Shown here piece after piece: positions 6,630 through 16,125 of a stretch of 32,045 bases of DNA (its first letter is position 1; each line of letters begins with the position of its first letter). The notes below the pieces were generated by a model, which saw nothing but the letters and a program-made list of their open reading frames with translations, had not been told where the DNA came from and searched no databases. Origin of the DNA: Ktedonobacteraceae bacterium (GTDB lineage Bacteria; Chloroflexota; Ktedonobacteria; Ktedonobacterales; Ktedonobacteraceae); contig DASTZT010000561.1 of the NCBI GenBank assembly GCA_035764225.1, positions 1 through 32,045 of the forward strand. The letters are read 5' to 3'. The translations under genes were made by a program, and so were the position numbers.

Positions 6630-8436
6630 ACGAATCGGCGGTCCTTTCTGCTTGTGGCGCTGCTAATTTCTGCCTGCTTGTGGCAATAATGAGATAGATC
6701 AGTGGTAGGCCAAAGATCAGGGCCGCTTGATACGTGGCAATCGGGTCTTTAGTAAATCCAACGAAGGGATAGAGAAAGAGCGCCGTTTCTGTCAATATAA
6801 GCATTGCGATAGTAAAGGCATCCAGGCGACGCAATACGATAGCCCAGAACAGCCAGAGTACGTACCAGGGCCAGAACCAACCAGAGACCAGTACCATATA
6901 CCAGAATACTCCGATGGCCCAACTACTGAGCAAGACGCCGAATCCTGGGAGCTTCATCTCATGATCCACGTCAGGGCTATAGCGCATGCCAGCGATAGTA
7001 ATAGGAGCATGACGTACCTGGCCGAAGAGGTGGGTATAGATCAGGATGAAAATGAACGTTGCGGATGCTCGCAGCGTCGTATCGGCAGCGATGACGGGAT
7101 GCAAGAATGGCGGAAAGTGGCCCCATTGCGCTACGGCTACAAACAGGCTGCGAATCGGGATCGCCAGAGTGCCTACCGGCGCATGCACAAAATGGTTCAG
7201 GTCTACGGCTGAAGTGATGGCAAAGAATGTGGATGAGCCGCGCCAGAAGGGCAGCGAGATGACCAGAGCTGGTATGAGCATGACGAGCATGCGCCAGGCA
7301 AAGCCCCAGAATACGCGCACGATATTTTGCTCGCTACGCAGATCAAACCAGCTGTAAAGCGGGGCCAGCAACAACGTAATCAGGTTGGTACTGATGGCAA
7401 GCCCGAATACAATCAGGGCTGCGAATTTGTACCAGCGTCCTTGTTGCTGGACGGAGAGCAAAACTGCGAGCAGCAGAAGACTGAGCAAGACGCCTTCGCT
7501 ATGTCCGCTGCCCGCCAGCTCGATCAGCGCCAGGGGATTCCAGGCGTAGAGCAGCGTACCGATCAGGCGGCGATCAGGGGCGATTTTGCCGAGAATGGCC
7601 CAGATCAGCACAATGTTGAGCAAATGCGCGAGTAACGCTGTGGCTTTGAAGATGAGCAAGGTGATGACCGGACTATTGCTGATGCTGACGAGCAGTGAGG
7701 CGATGCAGAGCCACAAAGGGCCGTAAATATTGGGGCTGCCGCGCCCTGAGATGACCCAGCGGATAAATGGGTCATGGGGAAACTGGAACGGAGCGGTATT
7801 GAGCGGATCAGCTCCATAGATGGTGAGAATGCGCCCTGAGAAGATGTAGGTAAACACATCGTCTGAAAAGAGCATAGGCTGGAGCAGCAGCGTTAGCCCG
7901 AAGATGACTGTGCCACCGAGTAGTAAGTAGAGGTAGCGCCGATCCCTCGTCATGGTATGACGGGAGCGGTAAATAATGATAATAGCGGCTGCGTACAGCG
8001 TAGCCGCAGCCGTAAAGAGTATCCCAAGCAGCAAGGATGGTAGCCACGAGCTAGAAGATGGCGTCATCAGGGGATGGAGCAAGGTTGTTAATAGTTGTGA
8101 AGGAAGCAGCGTCCATGTCCATTCAGTGCTGAGCGGCGAATTGCTTAAATGCAATCCTGGCAGGGGCGAAAGGGCTATGATGAGCAGGTAGAACAGCTCA
8201 AAAACGCATGCGAAGAGAAGCAACAAGGGAAACACAAGTTGCTTTTTTTTTGATACAAATAGCGGTTTGATAGCTTCCTGCGTGGAGCCAATCAAGCGGG
8301 TATCGTCCTTAGCTCTGTAGAGTATTGGCAATGCCTCGACCTCCAGAAATCTCTCGCTACTGCTACTGGTACGAGGATGAGGAGGCCGAGGTGTACAATA
8401 TGGGGCAGGTTTTGTGCCTGTCCCTACGATTTTCAC
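6598..8436 (-). CDS. Polytopic membrane protein, probable GT-C-fold glycosyl/mannosyltransferase (MptB / DUF2029-like)
   Basis: 612 aa with more than 10 hydrophobic segments. First-loop motif FSDDVFTYIFSGRILTIYGADPLNTAP resembles the acidic loop of GT-C enzymes. The GTG start overlaps the purB stop (GTGA). The true start is uncertain. Confidence 0.55.
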   Translation of the reverse strand: MKIVGTGTKPAPYCTPRPPHPRTSSSSERFLEVEALPILYRAKDDTRLIGSTQEAIKPLFVSKKKQLVFPLLLLFACVFELFYLLIIALSPLPGLHLSNSPLSTEWTWTLLPSQLLTTLLHPLMTPSSSSWLPSLLLGILFTAAATLYAAAIIIIYRSRHTMTRDRRYLYLLLGGTVIFGLTLLLQPMLFSDDVFTYIFSGRILTIYGADPLNTAPFQFPHDPFIRWVISGRGSPNIYGPLWLCIASLLVSISNSPVITLLIFKATALLAHLLNIVLIWAILGKIAPDRRLIGTLLYAWNPLALIELAGSGHSEGVLLSLLLLAVLLSVQQQGRWYKFAALIVFGLAISTNLITLLLAPLYSWFDLRSEQNIVRVFWGFAWRMLVMLIPALVISLPFWRGSSTFFAITSAVDLNHFVHAPVGTLAIPIRSLFVAVAQWGHFPPFLHPVIAADTTLRASATFIFILIYTHLFGQVRHAPITIAGMRYSPDVDHEMKLPGFGVLLSSWAIGVFWYMVLVSGWFWPWYVLWLFWAIVLRRLDAFTIAMLILTETALFLYPFVGFTKDPIATYQAALIFGLPLIYLIIATSRQKLAAPQAERTADSYERGSETAQD

Positions 8437-9743
8437 AACCCTATGCGTTTAAACGAGGTATCGATATACTTAGTATAGTAATCAGTACTTGTGAGTTCTT
8501 CTAGCTCCTGACGTGAGAGATAGCTGGCGACCTCAGGATCGCTGCTGAGGGCATTGAGCAGGGCTGGTTCCTGGATCATCCCTTTGCTGGCCATCGCCCA
8601 GACCTTTTTGGCGTTACGCTGCACCATTTTGTACGCTTCCTGGCGTCCCACACCTTTGTCGATGAGGGCGAGCAGGATGCGTTGTGAGAAGACAAGGCCC
8701 CCTGTCATATTAAGGTTGGTGAGCATACGTTCAGCGTCTACGTCCAGTCCATCCATGACGCGGGTGAAGATGTGCAGCATATAGTGTAACAGCGTGCAGC
8801 CATCGGGAATGATGATGCGTTCCGCCGACGAGTGGCTGATGTCGCGTTCGTGCCAGAGGGCGACATTTTCCATTGCTGTGACCGCGAAGCCGCGCAGGAT
8901 GCGTGCCAGCCCACAAATGCGCTCGCACAACTCTGGATTGCGTTTGTGGGGCATGGCCGACGATCCCTGTTGCCCGGAGCCAAACGGCTCGAATGCCTCG
9001 CTTAATTCGGTGCGCTGAAGGTGGCGAATCTCCTGCGCCATCTTTTCCAGCGAGCTGCCGATCAGGGCTAAGGTCGTCATAAAGTGGGCGTGGCGATCTC
9101 TTTGCACGATCTGGCTGGAGATAGGAGCAACGCCCAGCCCCATCTGTTCGCAGACGAACTCTTCGATCTGAGGAGGCACGGTGGCGTGGGTGCCAACTGC
9201 GCCGGAAATTTTCCCGACGGTGACTTGCTCAAGGGCGGCGCTCAGGCGAAGTTGGTGGCGGCGAAGTTCATCGACCCAGAGTGCAAGCTTGAGGCCAAAG
9301 GTAATTGGTTCGGCGTGGATGCCGTGAGAGCGCCCAGCCATCAGGGTATATTTATGCTCTATGGCCACTTTTGTCACAACTGCCACCAGCTGGTTCAATG
9401 CGGTGGTGAGCAGTTCGCCAGCCTCTTTAATTTGCGCGGCCAGCCCAGTATCAAGCACGTCGGAGGAGGTCAGGCCGAGGTGAATAAAGCGTCCCTCCGG
9501 GCCAAGCTGCTCTTGAATAGAGCGCAGAAATGAAATAACGTCGTGATGCGTCTCTTTTTCAATTTCTTGCATGCGCAGCAAGTTATAATTGGCCTGGCGT
9601 ATCTTTTCAATGGCCTCCTGGGGAATAACGCCCTCGCGTGCCCAGCCTTCGCAGGCCAGCAGTTCAACCTGGAGCCATTTATCGGTTTTATGGGTGTTGG
9701 ACCAGATGGCAGCCATCTCTGGTAGGGTATATCGTTCGATCAT
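8433..9743 (-). CDS. purB: Adenylosuccinate lyase
   Basis: 436 aa with the fumarate-lyase signature GSSAMPHKRNP and a typical PurB N-terminus (MIERYTLPEMAAIWS). Confidence 0.95.
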   Translation of the reverse strand: MIERYTLPEMAAIWSNTHKTDKWLQVELLACEGWAREGVIPQEAIEKIRQANYNLLRMQEIEKETHHDVISFLRSIQEQLGPEGRFIHLGLTSSDVLDTGLAAQIKEAGELLTTALNQLVAVVTKVAIEHKYTLMAGRSHGIHAEPITFGLKLALWVDELRRHQLRLSAALEQVTVGKISGAVGTHATVPPQIEEFVCEQMGLGVAPISSQIVQRDRHAHFMTTLALIGSSLEKMAQEIRHLQRTELSEAFEPFGSGQQGSSAMPHKRNPELCERICGLARILRGFAVTAMENVALWHERDISHSSAERIIIPDGCTLLHYMLHIFTRVMDGLDVDAERMLTNLNMTGGLVFSQRILLALIDKGVGRQEAYKMVQRNAKKVWAMASKGMIQEPALLNALSSDPEVASYLSRQELEELTSTDYYTKYIDTSFKRIGL

Positions 9744-10066
9744 GAAGCATCCTTATGGGTGTACTAAAACACGTATGGTTGTTCTAGCTGTAGTGTATCA
9801 CACCCTGAGCGTAACTTGCGCTCGTAAGATATTAAGATGGAGTTCTGGCGGGTGGGCGTTTTTCTGGCTGAGATAATGTGCTGGTATGCGTAGGAGTAAT
9901 TAGCACCTGAGTAAGTAGCCCGTTATTCCTATAGATAAGCTTATAGGATATCTTGAGCCGGAGAAACTTTTGTATAATACACTTGTCATTTTCTGCGTAC
10001 TATTCTTTCGGATCTCTTTTTCCGCGATGGAGACAGTTTTTTACACGCAGAGGAGTTTTATGTACA

Positions 10067-12364
10067 ATGGTCAATACTGGCGCAGATCTACAGCGTATCG
10101 GAAGATACGAGTTGCGAGTGCGTCTGGGTCGTAGCAGTTTTTCGGGCATGTGGAAGGCTTACGATCCCAGGCAGCAAAGCGAGGTAGCCCTTAAATTACT
10201 GTCGGTGAATACACGCGATTATCCTAATTTCTCTCTGCTTTTCTCCCGCGAAGTCGAGGTTATTGCTTCTCTGCGTCACCCCAATATTGTCCAGATTCAC
10301 GAAGCGAGCCTTATCCCGGTGCAGCATCCTGACACGACGTTGGCATATATTGTAGAGGATTATATAGAGGGGCAGGCGCTGGCGGTTTATATGCGGAGTA
10401 TGCCGCGTTCAGGCATGATGCCGCCGTGGGCGGATATTGTCCAGCTTTTTTCGTCCGTTAGTCTGGCAATTGACCATGCCCATCAAAATGGGGTGGTACA
10501 TGGCAACTTGAAACCGACCAATATCATCATAGGACGATCTCCCGCGTCAACAGGGAGGAACGTTGCGCCAATAGTGACCGATTTTGCTCTTGCGAGAATG
10601 TTAGGCATGACGGCTGGCTTGCTCCCAAACCGCTCGATTGAGGCGTTATCTTATATTTCACCGGAGCAGGCAAAAGGCCAACCAGCGACTGAGCGCAGCG
10701 ATATTTATTCTCTGGGCGTTTTGCTTTACGAAATCTGTACCGGGGTGGTGCCTTTTCAGGGGAGCAGACCGGTGGCGCTGATGATGCAGCATGCCAGCGC
10801 GATGCCACCATCGCCAGCCCTCATTAACCCGAATATTCCTCCGGCCCTGACAAATGTGATGATGCGGAGCCTGGCCAAAGAGCCGGGAGAACGCTTTGCC
10901 AGCGCCTCCTCAATGTCCATTGCGATGGCAAAGGCGCTCCATGTTCCAGTTCCTGAGCGGCTCAGTCATCTGGTGGAGCAGGCAGAAAAAGATCGACCTG
11001 TCAGGCCTGTAAGTGAGGGGAAAACGCCTCCATTTTCCTCGTCACCGATTTCCTCTGGTGCGCGCTCCGCAACGGTCCCCACCCGGACCATTTCTGTAGA
11101 TGAGAAACAGAGAGAGCTAGATAGCAAAGCTCCACAGCCGCTCCCGGTGACTTCGTTTCCCAGTGGACGACGTGGAAAGCGCCGAAAAAACAATGCCGTG
11201 TATGTCACGCTTGGCTTTCTGCTGGTGCTTACCTTGCTGGTCACGGGACTAGGCTCTTATGCGCTTTTGCACAATCAGGCATCATCAGGGGTTGTCGGGC
11301 ATGCGTTTTTTGTCAGCAGTGGGCAGTTGAATGAGCACTTGAGTACGCAAGGCATTAATGATGAGGTGCAAATAGATCTTTCTGGTATTGCAGATCCTGC
11401 TGCCGGGAAAAGCCTTTATGCCTGGCTGCTCCCTGATAAGTCGAAAGAGGAGGCATTGCCCATTTTTCTAGGCAAGTTGCCTGTTAAAAATGGGAGTGTT
11501 CATTACCTCTATGTGGGAGGGAAAAGCCACATTAATTTGTTAAATGTGGCGAGCCGTTTTCTGATTACTGAAGAGGATGCGTCTGTTACACCGACGATTC
11601 CGACGCCGGATGTGCAGGCCTGGCGTTATTACGCGGAACTGGCGCAATCAGCCAGCCCTGGGGATCAATTGCACTTTAGCATGCTCGATCATCTGCGCCA
11701 TTTGCTGGTCGAGTCGCCGGAACTCCAGGCCCGTAACCTGCATGGTGGTCTGGTAATCTGGCTGGTGCAGAATACGCAGAAAGTTTTTGACTCAGCGGGC
11801 AATGCCAGGGATGCATGGCAGGCTAACAACTTTGCCACGTCCCGTGCTCAGATCGTCACGCTGATGGATTATCTTGATGGCAACACGCTGGCCCGTTCAG
11901 AATTGCCGTCGAGTGCTCCCCCGCTGGTCAATCAAAATAACGCGGATATCGCTTTGCTAGGGCTGGACCCAAAAAATGCTGATCCTCCCGGTTATGCGTA
12001 CAACAATGAGGTCTCTCCCGGCTATGTCTATTTGATTGGGATACATCTTTCGGGGATGCTGCTCTCTCCTGATGTGACGCAGGATCAGCGCGATCTTGCT
12101 TTTCGCGTCAATACGGCGCTGAAGGATGTCGATCAGGCGCTGGTGCAGGTACGCGGCGATGGGCTGAAATTGCTGCAACTCAGCAATGCTCAGTTTTCAC
12201 AGCCTACAACGCTGACGACATTGAACGATATGGTGACGCTCTCACAATCCGCTTATGTCGGGCAACTGAATCAGACTTCGGGCCAGGCTCAGGGGGGCGT
12301 GGTCTGGATCTACGGCAATATGCAACGCCTGGCAGATTTTGCCGTGAAGCCTTACACTCCCTGA
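10067..12364 (+). CDS. Membrane-anchored Hanks-type Ser/Thr kinase homologue with degenerate catalytic motifs (predicted pseudokinase) and a large extracytoplasmic domain
   Basis: ATG 10067 has AGGAG 11 nt upstream, and a TATAAT box at 9973-9978 lies inside the longer track ORF. Kinase subdomains are present (VALK, SPEQ, DIYSLGVLLYE). However the G-loop is GRSSFSG, HRD is HGN, and DFG is DFA. One TM segment (VYVTLGFLLVLTLLVTGLGSYAL) is followed by a ~340-aa outside domain whose start (KSLYAWLLPDK...LPIFLGKL) resembles the anti-sigma-K RskA C-domain. Confidence 0.8.
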   Translation: MVNTGADLQRIGRYELRVRLGRSSFSGMWKAYDPRQQSEVALKLLSVNTRDYPNFSLLFSREVEVIASLRHPNIVQIHEASLIPVQHPDTTLAYIVEDYIEGQALAVYMRSMPRSGMMPPWADIVQLFSSVSLAIDHAHQNGVVHGNLKPTNIIIGRSPASTGRNVAPIVTDFALARMLGMTAGLLPNRSIEALSYISPEQAKGQPATERSDIYSLGVLLYEICTGVVPFQGSRPVALMMQHASAMPPSPALINPNIPPALTNVMMRSLAKEPGERFASASSMSIAMAKALHVPVPERLSHLVEQAEKDRPVRPVSEGKTPPFSSSPISSGARSATVPTRTISVDEKQRELDSKAPQPLPVTSFPSGRRGKRRKNNAVYVTLGFLLVLTLLVTGLGSYALLHNQASSGVVGHAFFVSSGQLNEHLSTQGINDEVQIDLSGIADPAAGKSLYAWLLPDKSKEEALPIFLGKLPVKNGSVHYLYVGGKSHINLLNVASRFLITEEDASVTPTIPTPDVQAWRYYAELAQSASPGDQLHFSMLDHLRHLLVESPELQARNLHGGLVIWLVQNTQKVFDSAGNARDAWQANNFATSRAQIVTLMDYLDGNTLARSELPSSAPPLVNQNNADIALLGLDPKNADPPGYAYNNEVSPGYVYLIGIHLSGMLLSPDVTQDQRDLAFRVNTALKDVDQALVQVRGDGLKLLQLSNAQFSQPTTLTTLNDMVTLSQSAYVGQLNQTSGQAQGGVVWIYGNMQRLADFAVKPYTP

Positions 12365-12505
12365 GGCAAAATGTAGGGATGTGGGCATAAATTAGCACGA
12401 TTTCGTGTTATCTAAAGTAGCATAAGGTCAAAGAAAATCTGGCACTCGTCCCTGTATCAACGCTAGGAGACGGGTGCCAGTTCTGGGTAAGTAAAGCCAG
12501 GCATC

Positions 12506-12534
12506 TTGACGTATGAGTGTCAGGCATGTACAAT
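12506..12534 (+). promoter_or_regulatory. Sigma-70-type promoter for rpmE
   Basis: TTGACG (12506-12511), 17-nt spacer, TACAAT (12529-12534). This leaves a ~95-nt leader before rpmE. Confidence 0.5.
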
Positions 12535-12634
12535 CATGCTTGCATTATAGATACATCTTTTGGTGGGCCAGCGGGGTGAGGGAGGCCAGTCCTTCCAAAC
12601 AACAAAGCCATAACTGTCGATATTGGGAGTCATG

Positions 12635-12841
12635 ATGAAAAAGGGAATCCATCCAAACTACGTAGAGGCTACAGTAAGCTGTGCCTGCGGAAATAGCTTT
12701 CAAACGCTAAGCGTCAAACCGGTGCTTAAGGTTGATGTGTGTTCTAAGTGCCATCCATTTTTCACCGGACAGCAGCGTATTCTTGATGCTGCCGGTCGTG
12801 TAGAGCGTTTCCGCAAACGCTTTAACCTTGAAAATGAGTAA
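12635..12841 (+). CDS. rpmE: 50S ribosomal protein L31 (Zn-ribbon type A)
   Basis: MKKGIHPNY... with CxC and CxxC (SCACGN, CSKCHPF). GGGAG lies 5 nt before ATG 12635. Confidence 0.95.
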   Translation: MKKGIHPNYVEATVSCACGNSFQTLSVKPVLKVDVCSKCHPFFTGQQRILDAAGRVERFRKRFNLENE

Positions 12842-12858
12842 TCTATCGGTAGCCGCCA

Positions 12859-12899
12859 GGGATAAAGGAGCAGGTCAACGGTCCTTTATCCCTTTTTTT
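12859..12899 (+). terminator. Rho-independent terminator of rpmE
   Basis: GGGATAAAGGA (12859-12869) pairs with TCCTTTATCCC (12882-12892), followed by TTTTTTT. Confidence 0.85.
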
Positions 12900-12912
12900 C
12901 ATGCAATGATAG

Positions 12913-14364
12913 GTGTATGGGGTGAGTCAACTGCTAAACGCCACACAACGTACGATACTCTTTCTGATTGCTGATACTGGAGCCGGACATCGGAGCGCCG
13001 CCAATGCAATCAGTAATGCCATCAAAATTATTGCTGAACAAGAGCAGGAAGCATGGCATACCCATCATCACGAAGATGATAACGGAGCAAATGCGCAATG
13101 TGCTGATGCAGCAGAGATTCCTCCTGCTTATCGCATTGAAATTGTCGATGTTTTTGAGGAATATAGCCGCTTCCCCTTACGCGAAGCTGTCAAGCTGTAT
13201 GGTCCGACCATTCGTTATAACCCGAAGCTCTTTGGCGAGTTCTTTCATCGCAGCAATCGCGAGGATACCGTTCTGGCGGTCAATTCTCTTGCCACTCCCC
13301 TGATCCTCAATGGTCTGTTACGACTCTTTACCACTGTCCAACCGGATGTGATTGTTTCGATCCATCCAATGCTGAACCATGTGACCGTGCGTGCCTTGCA
13401 GGAGCTGGGGATGCGTATCCCCTTCCTCACCGTTGTTACCGATCTGGTAAGCGTCCACTACGCCTGGTTCGCGCCAGGGGTCGATGCTTATATTGTGCCA
13501 ACGGAGCAGGCGCGGCAACTATACTTAAAGCGCGGTCTGGATGCTGAGCGGGTGCATGTGCTTGGTATGCCGATTGATCCCAAGTTTACGCGACCGACCG
13601 AGAGTAAAGAGGTGTTGCAGCGCAAGTTTGGCCTGATACCAGGTCTGCCGGTGGTGCTGCTGGTTGGTGGTGGTGATGGGGCGGGCGGTTTGCAACTGGC
13701 GGTACGTGCAATCTCGCAGTCGCGCTTGCCTGTACAAATCATGGTCGTGACCGGGCGCAATCGTCGCTTATATGCCAACCTGCAAAGCAAACGCTCGAAG
13801 CTGCGCGTTCCGGCGAAAATCTTTGGCTTCGTTCACAATATGCCGGAATTGATGCATGCCGCCGATGTCATTATTACAAAGGCTGGCCCTGGTACGATTT
13901 GCGAGGCGCTGGCATGTGACTTACCTGTGCTTTTGAGTGGCTATGTGCCGGGACAGGAAGAGGGCAATGTCGAGTATGTGACCAGCAATCATGTGGGAGT
14001 GCTGGCGCTCGACTCGCGCACGCTGGTAGATGCTCTACGTCGGGTCATTAAGCCGGGATCGCCGGAGATGCGGATCTGGCTAACGAATGCCAGGTGCATC
14101 AGCCGACCAGGGGCGTCGTTTGATATCGCCAACTGCATTTTGGGTTATCTGCCCCCTTGCAATAAGGCGGGTATCTGGGGTTTGCCGCATGCGCACTATC
14201 GGCAGCGTAAAATGTCGGGGCGTTTGAGATCAGCCATTCGCATTCGGAAGTTGCGTACACATTTGCCCAGACCTCTTTTGCAGCGTCCTGTCATGCAGCG
14301 CATTATTCGGCGTGGCTCACGTCAGATTGTGGACGACGAGAGGCAACGGATCGATAAGTCATAG
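12913..14364 (+). CDS. MGDG-synthase-family (GT28-like) glycolipid glycosyltransferase with a basic C-terminal extension
   Basis: N-terminal ILFLIADTGAGHRSAANAI is the signature of the MGDG_synth N-domain. The C-terminal GT-B half contains ADVIITKAGPGTICEA. The start codon (GTG 12913 or GTG 12922) is uncertain. Confidence 0.75.
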   Translation: MYGVSQLLNATQRTILFLIADTGAGHRSAANAISNAIKIIAEQEQEAWHTHHHEDDNGANAQCADAAEIPPAYRIEIVDVFEEYSRFPLREAVKLYGPTIRYNPKLFGEFFHRSNREDTVLAVNSLATPLILNGLLRLFTTVQPDVIVSIHPMLNHVTVRALQELGMRIPFLTVVTDLVSVHYAWFAPGVDAYIVPTEQARQLYLKRGLDAERVHVLGMPIDPKFTRPTESKEVLQRKFGLIPGLPVVLLVGGGDGAGGLQLAVRAISQSRLPVQIMVVTGRNRRLYANLQSKRSKLRVPAKIFGFVHNMPELMHAADVIITKAGPGTICEALACDLPVLLSGYVPGQEEGNVEYVTSNHVGVLALDSRTLVDALRRVIKPGSPEMRIWLTNARCISRPGASFDIANCILGYLPPCNKAGIWGLPHAHYRQRKMSGRLRSAIRIRKLRTHLPRPLLQRPVMQRIIRRGSRQIVDDERQRIDKS

Positions 14365-14392
14365 TCTGATCAAGCAAGCGAAAGGAGTGGGT

Positions 14393-15406
14393 ATGGCAAA
14401 GTTCTACTATGGGGGGCAGGCCGTCATCGAGGGCGTAATGATGCGCGGTCGCACATCGGTAGCGATGGCCCTGAGAAGGATTGATGGCAGCACCTATCTC
14501 TATGAAGAGCCGCTGCCTGCCAAATTATATCAGAACAAGCTTTTTCGCTTGCCTTTTCTGCGAGGCGTCTTTTTGCTTTGGGAGACGCTGGTGCTGGGTT
14601 CGCGGCTAATGTCCCTCTCCGGCAATGTGGCGATGGGCGATTTCAATGCCAGCATGCCAGCTTCTGAAGCCGGGAGCGAGCCGGGTGTGGCCAGTGAGCA
14701 ACCGATAGCTTTGCCAACTTTGCCGGAGAAGCCTGAACAGAAGGGGGGCGCATCGCTCGTGCTCACGTTGCTGGTTTCGCTGGCTTTTGTAGTGGGAATC
14801 TTCTTTTTAGGACCGCTGCTTGTGACCAGCCTGCTGCGCAACCTGATTGGTGATGGCTGGCTCAATTTAACGCTGGAAGGCGTGATTCGCCTGGGCTTGC
14901 TGCTTGGCTATCTCTACCTGATCGGGCGCATCCCCGATATTCAGCGTGTGTTCGGGTATCACGGGGCCGAACATAAGGCGATTAATGCGATGGAACAGGG
15001 AGATCCGCTGGATGTCGAGCATGTACGGCGGGCCTCACGCGTGCATACGCGTTGTGGAACGGGCTTTTTATTGCTGGTAGTGGTGATCTCCATCTTCGTC
15101 TTTGTGCTGGTTGGCTCTCCTTCGTTCTGGATTAAGCTTCTATCGCGCATTGTGCTGGTGCCGGTTGTGGCGGCCATTGCCTATGAACTGATGCGCTTAG
15201 GTGCTGGCAACTATCGCTACAGGGTGGTGCGCTGGCTGCTGGCTCCGGGGTTGGCCTTGCAGGGGTTGACGACGCGCGAGCCAGACGATAGCATGATAGA
15301 GTGTGCCATTATGGCCTTGCAGCGCGTGATGCTGTATGACAAACCGCAGGATGTTGGAAACGAACACGGAAGCCCGACCGAGCCTCCTTTAGCAATATCG
15401 CAATAG
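14393..15406 (+). CDS. DUF1385-family membrane protein
   Basis: ATG 14393 follows AAAGGAG. MAKFYYGGQAVIEGVMMRG is the conserved DUF1385 N-terminus. HGAEHKAIN motif and several TM segments are present. Confidence 0.85.
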   Translation: MAKFYYGGQAVIEGVMMRGRTSVAMALRRIDGSTYLYEEPLPAKLYQNKLFRLPFLRGVFLLWETLVLGSRLMSLSGNVAMGDFNASMPASEAGSEPGVASEQPIALPTLPEKPEQKGGASLVLTLLVSLAFVVGIFFLGPLLVTSLLRNLIGDGWLNLTLEGVIRLGLLLGYLYLIGRIPDIQRVFGYHGAEHKAINAMEQGDPLDVEHVRRASRVHTRCGTGFLLLVVVISIFVFVLVGSPSFWIKLLSRIVLVPVVAAIAYELMRLGAGNYRYRVVRWLLAPGLALQGLTTREPDDSMIECAIMALQRVMLYDKPQDVGNEHGSPTEPPLAISQ

Positions 15407-15420
15407 AACAGGGATTTTTG

Positions 15421-16125
15421 ATGATGCCATTAGAACCTATAACCCCCCCACCAGCCGGAGAGCAAGCGGATACGACCATCTCGTCTGAGGAGACGCAGCC
15501 GGAAGCGCCCGAAATCGAACGCCTTCATATCAAATTTTCTGTCGTGCGCTGGGCAGCTACCGGTGTTGTGCGCTTGCTCTATCGCTATTGGACGCGCATT
15601 GCCGCGCACGTCTTTCCTGAGAACTCAGTGGGTGAGCGGATGGCGCAAGCTTTGCATATCCCCTTGCCTGACACCTTGAATTTGAGCTGGGTCAATGGTC
15701 ATCTGGCCGTTGGCGGTCGTATCCGGCCCGAAGATGTCAAAGCCTTGAGGCGGATTGGCGTGACCCATGTGGTGGATACGCGCTCAGAGTATTGCGACGA
15801 TGAGCAGATGCTGGCACAAGAGGGCATTAAACTCTTACATTTGCCTACCCCAGATACCTATCCGTTGACGGTAGAACAGCTCCAACAGGGGGCGAGCTGG
15901 GCGCATAATCAGATGCAGGATGGCGGGCGCGTCTTGATCCATTGCGAGCATGGCGTTGGACGCAGTGTGCTGCTGACCTGCGCGGTGCTGGTACATGGCG
16001 GGATGCATGCTCACGATGCGCTGATGCTAGTGCAGCAAAGACGTTGGCAGGCAGCCCCCAATCACAGACAAATAGCCAGGTTGAAGGAATTCGAAACGGC
16101 GCTTCATGCTCAACGCAAGGCATAA
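15421..16125 (+). CDS. Dual-specificity / Cys-based protein phosphatase
   Basis: Active-site loop HCEHGVGRS matches HCx5R(S/T). The ~90-aa N-terminal extension is of unknown function. Confidence 0.75.
   Translation: MMPLEPITPPPAGEQADTTISSEETQPEAPEIERLHIKFSVVRWAATGVVRLLYRYWTRIAAHVFPENSVGERMAQALHIPLPDTLNLSWVNGHLAVGGRIRPEDVKALRRIGVTHVVDTRSEYCDDEQMLAQEGIKLLHLPTPDTYPLTVEQLQQGASWAHNQMQDGGRVLIHCEHGVGRSVLLTCAVLVHGGMHAHDALMLVQQRRWQAAPNHRQIARLKEFETALHAQRKA

Noticed and set aside
9925-9950. Near-palindrome TCCTATAGATAAGCTTATAGGA in the purB/kinase divergent region as a PurR-type operator.
   Set aside because: It does not resemble the PurR or PurBox consensus sequences I know. It is a single occurrence. 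I kept it only as a note.
12535-12634. Structured ~95-nt leader of rpmE (GGCCAG...GGCCAG, G-rich) as an L31 autoregulatory element.
   Set aside because: It is plausible from E. coli precedent, but I could not fold a convincing conserved structure by eye. It needs comparative analysis.
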